This document shows positions 9,957 to 19,900 of a DNA stretch of 64,000 nucleotides, piece by piece. The position numbers were made by a program, and so were the translations under genes. Source of the DNA: Thermodesulfobacteriota bacterium (GTDB lineage: Bacteria > Desulfobacterota > Desulfobulbia > Desulfobulbales > SURF-16). How positions within the stretch are numbered: the stretch's first letter is position 1; the number at the start of each line of letters is the position of its first letter. Below the pieces are notes generated by a model. The model was not told the origin of the DNA, did not search any database, and was given only the letters and a program-made list of their open reading frames with translations. The stretch spans positions 1 through 64,000 of the forward strand of contig JBFMAY010000005.1 in assembly GCA_040755455.1 (NCBI GenBank). Direction: 5' to 3'.

Positions 9957-12059
9957 ATGACCAAAAGACGACATAATATGCTGGAGCTGCTGGCTCCGGC
10001 CGGCAGTATCGAGGCCTTTTTCGCCGCCATGGATCATGGCGCGGATGCGGTTTATTGCGGGCTCAAGGAATTTTCCGCCCGGGTCAAGGCCAAGAATTTT
10101 ACCGTGCCGGAGGTGGAAAGGCTCACCATTTATGCCCATCAGCAGCACAAGCGGCTGTACGTCACCTTGAACACCCTGCTGAAGGAGGTGGAGCTACCCC
10201 GCCTGGTTGACATCCTGGCGCAGCTTGCCGCCATCGGCGTGGACGGCGTCATCATCCAGGATCTCGGGGTGTGGCGGCTTGCCCGCACATACTTTCCCCA
10301 GCTGCCCCTGCATGCCTCCACCCAGATGACGGTGCATAATGCGGCCGGCGTCATCCAGCTTGAGAAAATGGGTTTTGTCCGGGCGGTGCTGGCCAGGGAG
10401 CTTTCCCTGGAGGAGATAGCTGACATCCGCCGGCAGACGACCATCGAGCTTGAGCACTTTGTCCATGGCGCGCTGTGCTTTTCCATCTCCGGACAGTGTT
10501 TCTTTTCCTCAACCCTTGCCGGTATGAGCGGCAACCGCGGCCGCTGCGCCCAGCCCTGCCGCCGCCGCTACCATAACAGACAGCAGCCCGGCTACTTTTT
10601 TTCCACCAGCGACCTGGGCGCCATTGAACTGCTGCCCGAGCTCATCAGGGCCGGGGTCATGAGTTTCAAGATTGAAGGCAGGATGAAGAGTGCCGAGTAT
10701 GTGGCGCGGGTGGTGACAGCCTACCGGCTGGTGCTCGATGTCCCGGAGCGGGAGCGGAAAACGGCTTTGCGGGAGGCGGCCGAGCAGTTGGAGCAGTCCT
10801 TCGGCCGGCAGTCAACCAAGGGCTTTCTCACCGGCTTTGTGCCGGCAGGTCTCGCCGTTTCCTCCCGCCAGGGTACCCTTGGCCGCCATTTGGGCGATAT
10901 CGTTTCCCTGCGTGACGGGCTGATCGGCTTGCCCGTTAATGACCGGCTGCATGTGGGGGACCGTCTGCGCATCCAACCTGGTAATGACCAGGCTGGCACG
11001 GGCTTCACCGTGCGGGAAATGCTGGTTGACCACAAAAAGGTCAAAAAGGTTGAGGCCGGTGATTTCGTGCGGGTGAAAAATTTCGCCAAGGGTGTTCTGC
11101 ATGTCGGAGATGCTGTTTTCAAGGTGGGCGGGAAACCGGTCTTTACCATGAGCAGCGAGGCCTGTCTGAAGAGACTGGCGGAAATCCCGGCCGCCCCCGC
11201 CAGTCAGCCCCCGGCCGGCAGGGAAGTTGCCGAGCAGGCCCTGGCCGCGCTGCTGCCTAGGCAAAAATCTATGACAGATGCGCAATCGCAGGAACTGACA
11301 GTCGTGGTTCGCGGGTTTGAGGATATCCAGCTGCTGGATCATCCCCAGGTGGGCAGGCTGCAGTTGCCGCTTTCGCCCAAAAACCTGGCTGATGCCAAAA
11401 AAAATGAGAGAAAACTTGCGGGACGCCAAGAGGATCTCATCTGGGAGGTGCCGGTCATGCTCTTCGGGGCGGAGTGGCACGAGTACCGGCGGGCGGTGCA
11501 GCTGCTGGCCGGCCAGGGATTCACCACCTTCCGCCTGAACAATCTCGGCCACCTGCCGCTGTTTGCCGGCTTGCCGGCGATCCAGCTGTTGGGGGGCTTC
11601 AGATGTTATGCCATGAACAGTCAGGCTGCCCTGGCCTGGCAGGAACTCGGCCTGGCCGGACTTACCGTGAATATGGAGGATGACCGCCGGAATTTACAGG
11701 AGTTATCCAGCCGCACCCTGTCCCTGCCACTGGCAATAACCGTTTACGCGCCTCAACCCGTTCTTCTGTCCCGCATCCCGGTCAGGGGGGTGCGACACGG
11801 ATCGGTGCTGCGCTCGGACCGGGATGAGGGTTATCGCATCCTGCACCACAACGGTCTGACCGAGGTGGTAGGGGAATATGACTTTTCTCTTACCGGCCGT
11901 CTGCATGAACTGCATGCCATGGGCTGCGGTCAGATGATTGCCGATCTCAGCCATTGCGGAGCCTCTTCGGCAAAAGGTCAGGAAGTGCTGGCGGCAATTG
12001 CCGCGGACCGGCAGTTGCCCGGCACCTCCTTCCTCAACTATGAGCGGGGACTGGCATGA
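9957..12059 (+). CDS. Peptidase U32 family protein (RlhA-like Fe-S RNA hydroxylase)
   Basis: ELLAPAGS, GADAVY.G, HASTQ, HGALC.SISGQC...SGNRGRCAQPCR, SFKIEGRMK; long C-terminal extension. Confidence 0.88.
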   Translation: MTKRRHNMLELLAPAGSIEAFFAAMDHGADAVYCGLKEFSARVKAKNFTVPEVERLTIYAHQQHKRLYVTLNTLLKEVELPRLVDILAQLAAIGVDGVIIQDLGVWRLARTYFPQLPLHASTQMTVHNAAGVIQLEKMGFVRAVLARELSLEEIADIRRQTTIELEHFVHGALCFSISGQCFFSSTLAGMSGNRGRCAQPCRRRYHNRQQPGYFFSTSDLGAIELLPELIRAGVMSFKIEGRMKSAEYVARVVTAYRLVLDVPERERKTALREAAEQLEQSFGRQSTKGFLTGFVPAGLAVSSRQGTLGRHLGDIVSLRDGLIGLPVNDRLHVGDRLRIQPGNDQAGTGFTVREMLVDHKKVKKVEAGDFVRVKNFAKGVLHVGDAVFKVGGKPVFTMSSEACLKRLAEIPAAPASQPPAGREVAEQALAALLPRQKSMTDAQSQELTVVVRGFEDIQLLDHPQVGRLQLPLSPKNLADAKKNERKLAGRQEDLIWEVPVMLFGAEWHEYRRAVQLLAGQGFTTFRLNNLGHLPLFAGLPAIQLLGGFRCYAMNSQAALAWQELGLAGLTVNMEDDRRNLQELSSRTLSLPLAITVYAPQPVLLSRIPVRGVRHGSVLRSDRDEGYRILHHNGLTEVVGEYDFSLTGRLHELHAMGCGQMIADLSHCGASSAKGQEVLAAIAADRQLPGTSFLNYERGLA

Positions 12060-12068
12060 ATGAACGTT

Positions 12069-13016
12069 CTACAATCCTGCCTCGGCCAGCTCGTTCAATA
12101 GTTTTTTCTGCTCCCTGTTCACCTTTTTGGGAATCTCGACAGTGATTTTCACAAGGATATCACCATGCGGGCCATGGGGGCCAGCCGGCAGTCCATGGCC
12201 TTTCAGTCGCAGTTTGGACTGGGGCTGGATGCCGGCCGGCACTTTTACCTTGAACTGTTTGCCGTTTAAAGTGGGAACGTCAATTTCCGTACCCAGGACA
12301 GCGGAGCTGAAGGGGATCGCTTTTTCGATCACCAGGTTGCAGCCCTCCCGGGCAAAAACCGGATGCGGTTCGACCTTGATGTACAGATAGAGGTCGCCGG
12401 GCTGGCCGCCCATGGGGGAAGGAGAGCCTTTCCCCCCTACCCGCAGTTTTTTGCCGTTTTCAATGCCGGCGGGAATTTTGACCGTCACCTTTTCTCCGCC
12501 CCGGCCAAGCGAGATGGTTTTATCCGCACCGCTCAGCACTTCGTCAAGGGTTATTGACATCTCAAGGGAGAGATCCTGTCCCTTGACCGGTTGTTGAGGG
12601 CGAAAACCGTGGCCGCCGGCCTGGCCGCCCTGGGAAAAAATATCGTCAAAGGGACCCCTGCCGCCGGTGGAGAAGGTGCGAAAACCACCGGGGCTGAATC
12701 CTCCGCCCATGCCGCCGAAGTTGATGCCGAATTCCCTGAGGATGGAGCCGATATCGGAGTTGCGGAAGATATCTTCCTGGGAATAGCGCTGCTGGAAGCC
12801 GGTTGAGCCGAAGGTGTCGTACTGTTTGCGCTTTTCCGCATCAGACAGCACGGCATAGGCCTCGTTGGCCTCCTTGAATTTTTCTTCCGACTCCTTGTTG
12901 CCCTGGTTGCGGTCAGGATGGTATTTCAGGGCCAGTTTGCGGTAAGCCTTTTTGATTTCCTCTGTGGAGGCGTTTTTTGTCACGCCCAGAATTTTATAAT
13001 AGTCCAGATTTTTCAT
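12069..13016 (-). CDS. DnaJ-class co-chaperone lacking the zinc finger (CbpA-like)
   Basis: J-domain with HPD, G/F-rich linker, DnaJ_C; no CxxCxGxG repeats. Confidence 0.92.
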   Translation of the reverse strand: MKNLDYYKILGVTKNASTEEIKKAYRKLALKYHPDRNQGNKESEEKFKEANEAYAVLSDAEKRKQYDTFGSTGFQQRYSQEDIFRNSDIGSILREFGINFGGMGGGFSPGGFRTFSTGGRGPFDDIFSQGGQAGGHGFRPQQPVKGQDLSLEMSITLDEVLSGADKTISLGRGGEKVTVKIPAGIENGKKLRVGGKGSPSPMGGQPGDLYLYIKVEPHPVFAREGCNLVIEKAIPFSSAVLGTEIDVPTLNGKQFKVKVPAGIQPQSKLRLKGHGLPAGPHGPHGDILVKITVEIPKKVNREQKKLLNELAEAGL

Positions 13017-13278
13017 GTATCAGTTGTTTCACCGAGTAGGATTGGCTAAAAATCACCACTGTCGAGATTGTGTAGAGTAAGTTAATAATTTTCGCGCTGA
13101 AGTCAAGTTTCGGAATGTATACCCGTAATTTGCTTTTTATTCCTAAAAAAATGATTGTCAATCTGGGCTCCGGAAAAGTTATCAACGAAGATGGGTATCC
13201 GCGCGTACATGAGAATCGCTGGTCAGAAGGGAATTTGCCGCCTCTGTCAGGAGATTGCCGGGTGCCGGTCTTCGGGGT

Positions 13279-14712
13279 TTATTCGACTACCGGAAGCACG
13301 ATGGTAAATGTCGTCCCCTGGCCTGGTTGGCTTGCAACATCTATTTGCCCATTGTGTTTCCTCACTATATCGTAGGCAATGCTTAAGCCAAGCCCGGTTC
13401 CTTTCCCTGCCTCCTTGGTGGTGAAGAAGGGTTCAAAAATCCTGCCGATTATCTCCTGGGGGATGCCGCTGCCGGTATCCGAAATGGCGACAACAATGGT
13501 GTTGTCATGGCAACGTGTTGTAATCGTGATTTCCCCCTGGTTCTTGATGGCATGCGCGGCATTTACCAGAAGATTCATAAAGACCTGGCTCAGCTGTCCT
13601 GCATTGCACAGTGTCAAGGGTAGATCCCCATAATCCTTTATCACCCTCGCCTTGTATTTAAGTTCGTTCCATATCACGGACAGGGTGTTTTCAATGGCGG
13701 CGTTTATGTCTTCATGTTTATATTCCGCTTCATCAATGCGGGAAAAATTCTTCAGGTTATGGACGATTTTTTTCACCCGCTTGCCTCCCTCGATGGATTC
13801 ATCGATCAGATGGCAGATATCATTAATGATATAATCGACTTTCTTCGCCTTTCGCTGCTCGGCAACTGTCTTGAGAATAGCTTCCGCACTCTCTCCCGCA
13901 GGCTGTGATATCTTTTCAAGGGCTTCGGACAGAACCCGGATATATCCGGTGAGATTCTCCGAATATTTCCTGAGAGAAGCGAGGTTGCTGAGCATGAAGG
14001 CGGTGGGGTTGTTTATCTCATGGGCGACCCCTGCGGCAAGTTGACCGATGGACGCCAATTTCTCGGACTGGAGCAGTTGCACATGCATCTGCTTGAGTTC
14101 ATTGAAGGCGGCATTCAGCTTTTCCTCGGCGATTTTCCGGTCAGTGATGTTACGGATATATTCGACAATGCCGCTTATTTCTTTTGTGGTTTCATCGATG
14201 ATGGGGAAGCTGAAAACCTCACACCAACTGATTGCGTTTTCTCCGGTTCCAGTGAAGGGGATAACGGCGAAAGCGGGTTTGCGTGTTACCAGGGTTTCCT
14301 GCACGGGACAGTTCGCGCACGGTTGGTTTTGCAACTGATAAACCTCATGGCACTTGCTGCCGACCAGCTGCAAAGCATGGGCATGCCATTTCTCAATGGT
14401 TTCATTCACCCGGACAATGCGCAAGTCGCGGTCAAGGACGGTGATACCATCCTGGATCGCGGCAAAAATGCTGGAGAGGAAATGTTCCCCTTGCCGTGAA
14501 GCTTCTTCCGCCTTTTTACGTTCGCGGATTTCAACATTGAGATTTGCGTTAAGAGCCTTCAACTTTGCATTGGCATCCTCCAGTTTTCTTGCTCCGTCCA
14601 AGAAGGATTGTTCAGACACCTCCAGAAGCTCGTTGAGCGCATGAATTTGGGCAGTGAGCTTGCTGATCTGGCTTTCAGGCGAGCTTGCAGTTTCCTTTTC
14701 CTTCAACGACAT
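13279..14712 (-). CDS. Cytoplasmic PAS sensor histidine kinase (NtrB-like)
   Basis: PAS, H-box [10 protein letters not shown]-box NLLVNAAHA, DTGSG, FFTTK, GTGLGL. Confidence 0.93.
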   Translation of the reverse strand: MSLKEKETASSPESQISKLTAQIHALNELLEVSEQSFLDGARKLEDANAKLKALNANLNVEIRERKKAEEASRQGEHFLSSIFAAIQDGITVLDRDLRIVRVNETIEKWHAHALQLVGSKCHEVYQLQNQPCANCPVQETLVTRKPAFAVIPFTGTGENAISWCEVFSFPIIDETTKEISGIVEYIRNITDRKIAEEKLNAAFNELKQMHVQLLQSEKLASIGQLAAGVAHEINNPTAFMLSNLASLRKYSENLTGYIRVLSEALEKISQPAGESAEAILKTVAEQRKAKKVDYIINDICHLIDESIEGGKRVKKIVHNLKNFSRIDEAEYKHEDINAAIENTLSVIWNELKYKARVIKDYGDLPLTLCNAGQLSQVFMNLLVNAAHAIKNQGEITITTRCHDNTIVVAISDTGSGIPQEIIGRIFEPFFTTKEAGKGTGLGLSIAYDIVRKHNGQIDVASQPGQGTTFTIVLPVVE

Positions 14713-14713
14713 G

Positions 14714-15454
14714 CTAGTTTCCCCCGGTGTCATGATCGAAGACCGTCTCTATGAATGGTAATATCGCCACCTTGACGTTCAGGGCCATTGGCGCAAAGAG
14801 ATTTGCGGTTTCCGGGGCAATGGGGGTCCTTGAGAAAATAATTACAACGAAGACATTACCTGATGGCAGAACGCCGCCGAAGCCAATTACCGATCTTACT
14901 CCATAGGGTTTCACGAATTCTTCCTGGGCCGGGATGTAAGGACATCCCAGGGCATCGGGAATATGAAAAACACTGAAGGTCTTTTGCGACAAGTCCATTA
15001 TGATTTCAGGGTCAGGGCTGATGACGCTATTGATCTCCAGGCCCATTTGTTTGATGATATTCCGCATCATTGGTATTTTTTCCACCACGCTGATGCTGGG
15101 CAAAGGAATCGCCTGGTGTCCTGTCGAAGTTCTCCTCGAATCCCATTCCGGGTTAACCCCACAGGTTGCGAGAAGAGTAAAGCACTTGAAGTCACGGGCG
15201 TAGTCGGCCTTGTCCAGTAGTTTCTGGGCAAACGCCTTAAGGTTATCATCAAGGGCCGTATAATCATGGGTCTTGAATAAGCGGACCAATACGCATGACC
15301 TGGAGTTGCTATGTTTTTCGATAAAATTATCATAGAGAAAGTGAACGATCTCATTCGCCGCTTCTTCCATGGAAAGGGCATTTGATCCCAATGAACGTAC
15401 ATCACGGCCACATCTTACCGCATCGGCTGTGGTGAAGTTTAAGAAATCATACAT
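14714..15454 (-). CDS. Conserved hypothetical protein, possibly GAF-like, coupled to the downstream kinase
   Basis: RBS gggag before ATG 15454; C-terminal FV.PYGVRSVIGFGGVL.SG.VFVVI.F is GAF-like; stop lies 1 nt before the kinase start. Confidence 0.75.
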   Translation of the reverse strand: MYDFLNFTTADAVRCGRDVRSLGSNALSMEEAANEIVHFLYDNFIEKHSNSRSCVLVRLFKTHDYTALDDNLKAFAQKLLDKADYARDFKCFTLLATCGVNPEWDSRRTSTGHQAIPLPSISVVEKIPMMRNIIKQMGLEINSVISPDPEIIMDLSQKTFSVFHIPDALGCPYIPAQEEFVKPYGVRSVIGFGGVLPSGNVFVVIIFSRTPIAPETANLFAPMALNVKVAILPFIETVFDHDTGGN

Positions 15455-15820
15455 TTTTTTTCTCCCAAGGGAATAAAGGGCCGGATCCAGAATATCTATG
15501 AGGGTTGAGAGTGCCACCACAGGTAAATGTGTATGCAGCAAGTCGTCTTTTCTGTTCGTGGTCAGTTGTTTAATTATGCGTTTTTCCGTCCTCCTTGTCC
15601 AGCAACAATTGGTTATGAGCAGTGGCAGCTATTTTTGAAAATCAACGATCGCCCTGTAACAGGCCTTTGTGAGGGTTTCGTCATGGCCATTACCTTATCC
15701 GGGCAACAAACTCTGGACGCAGGACATTTAGTTTACTATGATTAATAATAATCTCTGCTCTTGGCCCTGCATGAGCAGTTGCGTTTCCTCCAGGTTCTGC
15801 TATTTAGCGAGAGCTCCCTT

Positions 15821-17245
15821 ATGCGCCTACCCTATAACCGCTTTGCGGAATATCTCAAAATTGTCGCGCCGGCTGTTATGGCGGTTATCTTATTTGTGGT
15901 GGTTGTCTTCGGGATTTTTTTGCCGACTTACCGGGCAAGCCTGATAAACGGCAAAAAGGAAATGATCAGGGAACTGACCCTGACGGTCTGGAATATCCTG
16001 GCCGGGCTGGAACGGAAAGAACGGGACGGAGTGATGACCAGTGAGCAGGCCAGGCTTGCGGCAATTGAGCAGATACGGGGCATACGGTACGGTGACGGGA
16101 ACAAGGATTATTTCTGGATTAATGACATGCGGCCTTATATGATCATGCACCCCTATCGCCCGGACCTTGAGGGCCGGGATATCTCCGATTTCAGCGATCC
16201 CCGGGGCGTCCATCTCTTTATGGACTTCGTCGAAACGGTCAGGAACAGCAATGAGGGTTATGTCTCATATATGTGGCAATGGAAGGACAATCCCGACAAT
16301 ATCGTGCCGAAGCTGTCTTTTGTCAAAGGTTTTGCGCCATGGGGCTGGGTGATAGGCACCGGCATCTATCTTGAGGATGTACGCCAGGAAATCTCACTGC
16401 TGACTCGGCGGCTGATCCTTATTTCGCTGGCGATTCTCGCCATGGTCTCGCTCATGTCAGCCCTGTCTGTTTTTCAGACACTTAAGGCAGCCGGATTACG
16501 CAAAAAGGCGGAGCAGGAACTGCTGGATTATCAAAATCAGCTGGAGGATTTGATCGACGAACGCACCAAGGATCTGCAACAGGCAAACAATAAACTTTCT
16601 GAGGAAATTGCTGAACGTGAAAAAGGGGAAAAAGTCATCCGGCAGCAGCGGGATATGTTAAGGACGGTGGTGGAATCCCTTCCCTACCCGTTTTATGTCG
16701 TCGACACCGCTGATCACAGAATTATCCTGGCCAATTCCGCCACCGCAAGAAACGGAGGGTCTCAGGATGCCGCGTGCTACGCCGTCTTGCATGGTCATGC
16801 CAAACCTTGCTCTGAAAGCCGGGATTTCTGCCCCATGGATACCGTCATACGCACCAGAAAGCCGATGATCAAGGAGCATGTCCAGGTTGACGGCGAAGGG
16901 AACAAGACCTATGTGGAGGTCCATGCCTACCCGATCCTGAATAAGGAATGGGAGGTAGCGAGTATGATTGAATACATGATCGATATCACCGAGCGGAAGC
17001 TGGCCGAAGAGGAAAAGGAGCGCCTCATTGCCAAGCTGCAAGCGGCTCTGGAGGACATTAAAACGTTGCGCGGCATTGTCCCCATCTGCGCCTATTGTAA
17101 AAAAATACGTGATGACAGCGGCTACTGGAACCAGTTGGAACAATATATCTCCGAGCATTCCACTGCCGAGTTCAGCCACGCCATCTGTCCGAAGTGCATG
17201 GCTGAGCGCTACCCCGGCGCTGACGACGATGAGCCACCAGCGTAG
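15821..17245 (+). CDS. Membrane Cache-domain sensor with PAS and a C-terminal CxxC...CxxC domain
   Basis: TM-sCache (DYFWIND...MHP...D.RG...F...WGWVIGTGIY)-TM, coiled coil, PAS, LRGIVPICAYCKKIRDD.GYW...FSHAICPKC. Confidence 0.88.
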   Translation: MRLPYNRFAEYLKIVAPAVMAVILFVVVVFGIFLPTYRASLINGKKEMIRELTLTVWNILAGLERKERDGVMTSEQARLAAIEQIRGIRYGDGNKDYFWINDMRPYMIMHPYRPDLEGRDISDFSDPRGVHLFMDFVETVRNSNEGYVSYMWQWKDNPDNIVPKLSFVKGFAPWGWVIGTGIYLEDVRQEISLLTRRLILISLAILAMVSLMSALSVFQTLKAAGLRKKAEQELLDYQNQLEDLIDERTKDLQQANNKLSEEIAEREKGEKVIRQQRDMLRTVVESLPYPFYVVDTADHRIILANSATARNGGSQDAACYAVLHGHAKPCSESRDFCPMDTVIRTRKPMIKEHVQVDGEGNKTYVEVHAYPILNKEWEVASMIEYMIDITERKLAEEEKERLIAKLQAALEDIKTLRGIVPICAYCKKIRDDSGYWNQLEQYISEHSTAEFSHAICPKCMAERYPGADDDEPPA

Positions 17246-17308
17246 CCCCCTTCCCGCAGCTGCTGAATCCGGGCGAGTTTTAAGCCCGGCAAGAGGAAAT
17301 GAGACGGG

Positions 17309-18352
17309 TTACGTTCCGCTTTTGACTGCCAGGAAGGCTGACAGCACTTCAGGATCGAAATGGATCGCCCGCTGGTTTTCCATATACGACAAGGCCTCTT
17401 CCGCGGACCATTTCTTTTTGTAGGGCCTTTCGCTGGTCAGGGAATCAAACACATCCGCCACTGCCACTATGCGGGCCGGCAGGGGGATTTCTTCCCCCTG
17501 CAAGCGGTCGGGATAACCGCTGCCGTCCCATTTCTCATGATGACTACGGGCTATCAGCCGGGCGGTCTGGTAGAAAGGCTTGTGTCCCAGGATTTTTTCA
17601 CCTGCCGCGGTATGGCCCTGCATGATTTTCCATTCCTCAGCCGTGAGCGGGCCGTTCTTTTTTAAGATGCTGTCAGGTATCTGAATTTTGCCAATGTCAT
17701 GGATCACGCTGAAAAAGGAGATCTGTTCCGCTACTTTTTCCGTTAGGCCGAGAGAAAAACAGATTTTCCTGGTCAGTTCCCTGATCCGGTAGATATGCTC
17801 CCCGGTGACGTCGTCCTTGGCCTCCGCCGCCAGGGCCAGCATTTCGATTCCTTCGTTGACCGCCTCTTCAAGCTGGATGGTGCGCTGCTGTACGAGGATC
17901 TCCAGGTTCTCGTTGATGAACCTGAGCTGCTTATTCTGACTGTTGGTGAGCAGCAGCAGCCTCTTGTTTTCCCGGATGAGATTGGCATAATCAAAGGCCT
18001 TGCCCATGGTTGCCTGGAGATTTTCAGCAGTCCATGGTTTGGTCAGATAGCCGAAAATATGCGAACGGTTTATTGCCGCTATGGCGCTTTCATGGCTGCC
18101 GTAACCGGTCAACAGGATGCGCACCGTATCCCCTGAAATTTTTTCGACAGCTTCGAGAAAGGCTATGCCGTCCATCCCTGGCATCTGCATGTCGGATACC
18201 GCAACGCCGATATCATGTTTTTTTATTATTTCCAGCCCTTCCGCCGCCGATAACGCGGTAAAAAGGCTGTAGCCCGAGGGGCTCAGTTCTCTGCACAGGC
18301 TTTTCAGGACATTGGGTTCATCATCCACCAGCAGTAACGATTTGTTGTTCAT
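17309..18352 (-). CDS. Response regulator with HD-GYP c-di-GMP phosphodiesterase domain
   Basis: REC (LLVDD, SDMQMP, KPW); HDIGK, HHEKWDGSGYP, RPYK. Confidence 0.93.
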   Translation of the reverse strand: MNNKSLLLVDDEPNVLKSLCRELSPSGYSLFTALSAAEGLEIIKKHDIGVAVSDMQMPGMDGIAFLEAVEKISGDTVRILLTGYGSHESAIAAINRSHIFGYLTKPWTAENLQATMGKAFDYANLIRENKRLLLLTNSQNKQLRFINENLEILVQQRTIQLEEAVNEGIEMLALAAEAKDDVTGEHIYRIRELTRKICFSLGLTEKVAEQISFFSVIHDIGKIQIPDSILKKNGPLTAEEWKIMQGHTAAGEKILGHKPFYQTARLIARSHHEKWDGSGYPDRLQGEEIPLPARIVAVADVFDSLTSERPYKKKWSAEEALSYMENQRAIHFDPEVLSAFLAVKSGT

Positions 18353-18453
18353 GGTTTTTTTCCTTTTTCAGGCGGGATGCAGGAAGAAGGATCCGCCGGA
18401 CATTGCCGGGCTCGGAGCAAACCGTCTGAAATCCGGCGGCCTTGCGCCTTCAT

Positions 18454-19755
18454 CTACCCGAACAGGCCGTTACCATTGCCGGCGATTTTCGCCTCAACAT
18501 CGTGCTGTATCGGAATGCTTATTGTAAAGGTTGAACCCTTCCCCACCTCGCTTTCCACCGATATTTTCCCGCCGTGTCTGGCCACGATCTCACTGACGAT
18601 GCTCAGACCCAGTCCTGTGCCCACCCCTTCCGCCTTGGTGGTAAAGAAAGGGGCGAAGATTTTTTCCCGGTTTGCCGGGGAAATACCGCAACCCGTATCA
18701 CTGATCGAGATAAAAATGAGGTCATTATCCGTAAATGTCCTGATGCGTATCATCCCCTGGTTTTCAATGGCGTGGGCGGCATTGACCAGGAGATTCATGA
18801 AGACCTGGGCGAGTTGATTAGGATAGCACCGGATGGCGGGGATGTCGCCGTAATCCTTTTCCACCGTGGCCTTGTATTTCAGTTCATTCCAGGCAACAGT
18901 GAGGGCGTTTTCCAGGCAGTCGTTGATATTGGCATGGCAGGAGATATTTTGGTCCTTGCGGGAAAAGGTCTTCAATCCTTCAACGATTTTTTTAATCCGT
19001 CCGACCCCCTCAAGGCATTCGGCAAGAATGTCCCTGCTGTCTTCCACGAGAAAATCAATCCTGCAATCCTTCCGGGCCTTGGCCAGTTCAGCCGATTTTT
19101 CAGCCGGCAGGGCGGAACCGTATTCGTTCAGCAACCGGATGAATTCGGCGATGCGTCCCATATACTTGGTCAGAGTTCCCAGGTTGCTGCCGATATAGCC
19201 GGTGGGGTTGTTTATTTCATGGGCCACCCCGGCGGCCAGGTGGCCGATGGTGGCGAGCTTTTCCTGGTGCCGCAGCTGTTCCTGGGAGGCCTTGAGATCC
19301 CTGCATGCCTGCTCGAGCTGCATGGTGCGGTCCTTGACCTGCTGTTCCAGATTGTCGCGGTATTCCCGGTTTTTCCTTTCCAGCTCCCGCAGGCGCAGGG
19401 CGTGCGCCACATAGATGAGAAGCTCGTTTTTTTCAAACGGCTTGATCAGGTAACCGCAGGCGCCGAGTTCAAGGGCGTTTGTGGCGATCCTGGGATCGTC
19501 CTCTCCCGTCACCATGATCACTTCCGGGGGAGATTCTCTGTTGCGCAGTTCCCGCAGCACCGCGATACCCGACATGCCGGGCATGGCAATGTCCAGCAGC
19601 ACGAGCGGGAAAAAGTTTCCGGCCAAAAGGTCAAGGGCCTCCCTGCCGCTGGCAGCGCATGTAGTCGGATATCCGGCGCCTGAGAGATAGCGGGTGAATA
19701 TTGCTCTTGTCATGGGGTCGTCATCCACCACCAGCACGGCTGTCTTGTCTTCCAT
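18454..19755 (-). CDS. REC-domain hybrid histidine kinase
   Basis: REC (VVDDD, LDIAMP, KPF) + GVAHEINNP + HATPase boxes; alternative start at 19797. Confidence 0.92.
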   Translation of the reverse strand: MEDKTAVLVVDDDPMTRAIFTRYLSGAGYPTTCAASGREALDLLAGNFFPLVLLDIAMPGMSGIAVLRELRNRESPPEVIMVTGEDDPRIATNALELGACGYLIKPFEKNELLIYVAHALRLRELERKNREYRDNLEQQVKDRTMQLEQACRDLKASQEQLRHQEKLATIGHLAAGVAHEINNPTGYIGSNLGTLTKYMGRIAEFIRLLNEYGSALPAEKSAELAKARKDCRIDFLVEDSRDILAECLEGVGRIKKIVEGLKTFSRKDQNISCHANINDCLENALTVAWNELKYKATVEKDYGDIPAIRCYPNQLAQVFMNLLVNAAHAIENQGMIRIRTFTDNDLIFISISDTGCGISPANREKIFAPFFTTKAEGVGTGLGLSIVSEIVARHGGKISVESEVGKGSTFTISIPIQHDVEAKIAGNGNGLFG

Positions 19756-19900
19756 CTGCTGTCCTCTCCGCGGGCGGAAATCATTTTGTAAAGTCATGTA
19801 GATGTTATGGCCAATATCTTATCACAATATTTTATGTTGTGAAGGAGGATTTGAGCTGTTTCCGGGTGACATTAATATTTTGATACGTCTATAATCGGAT

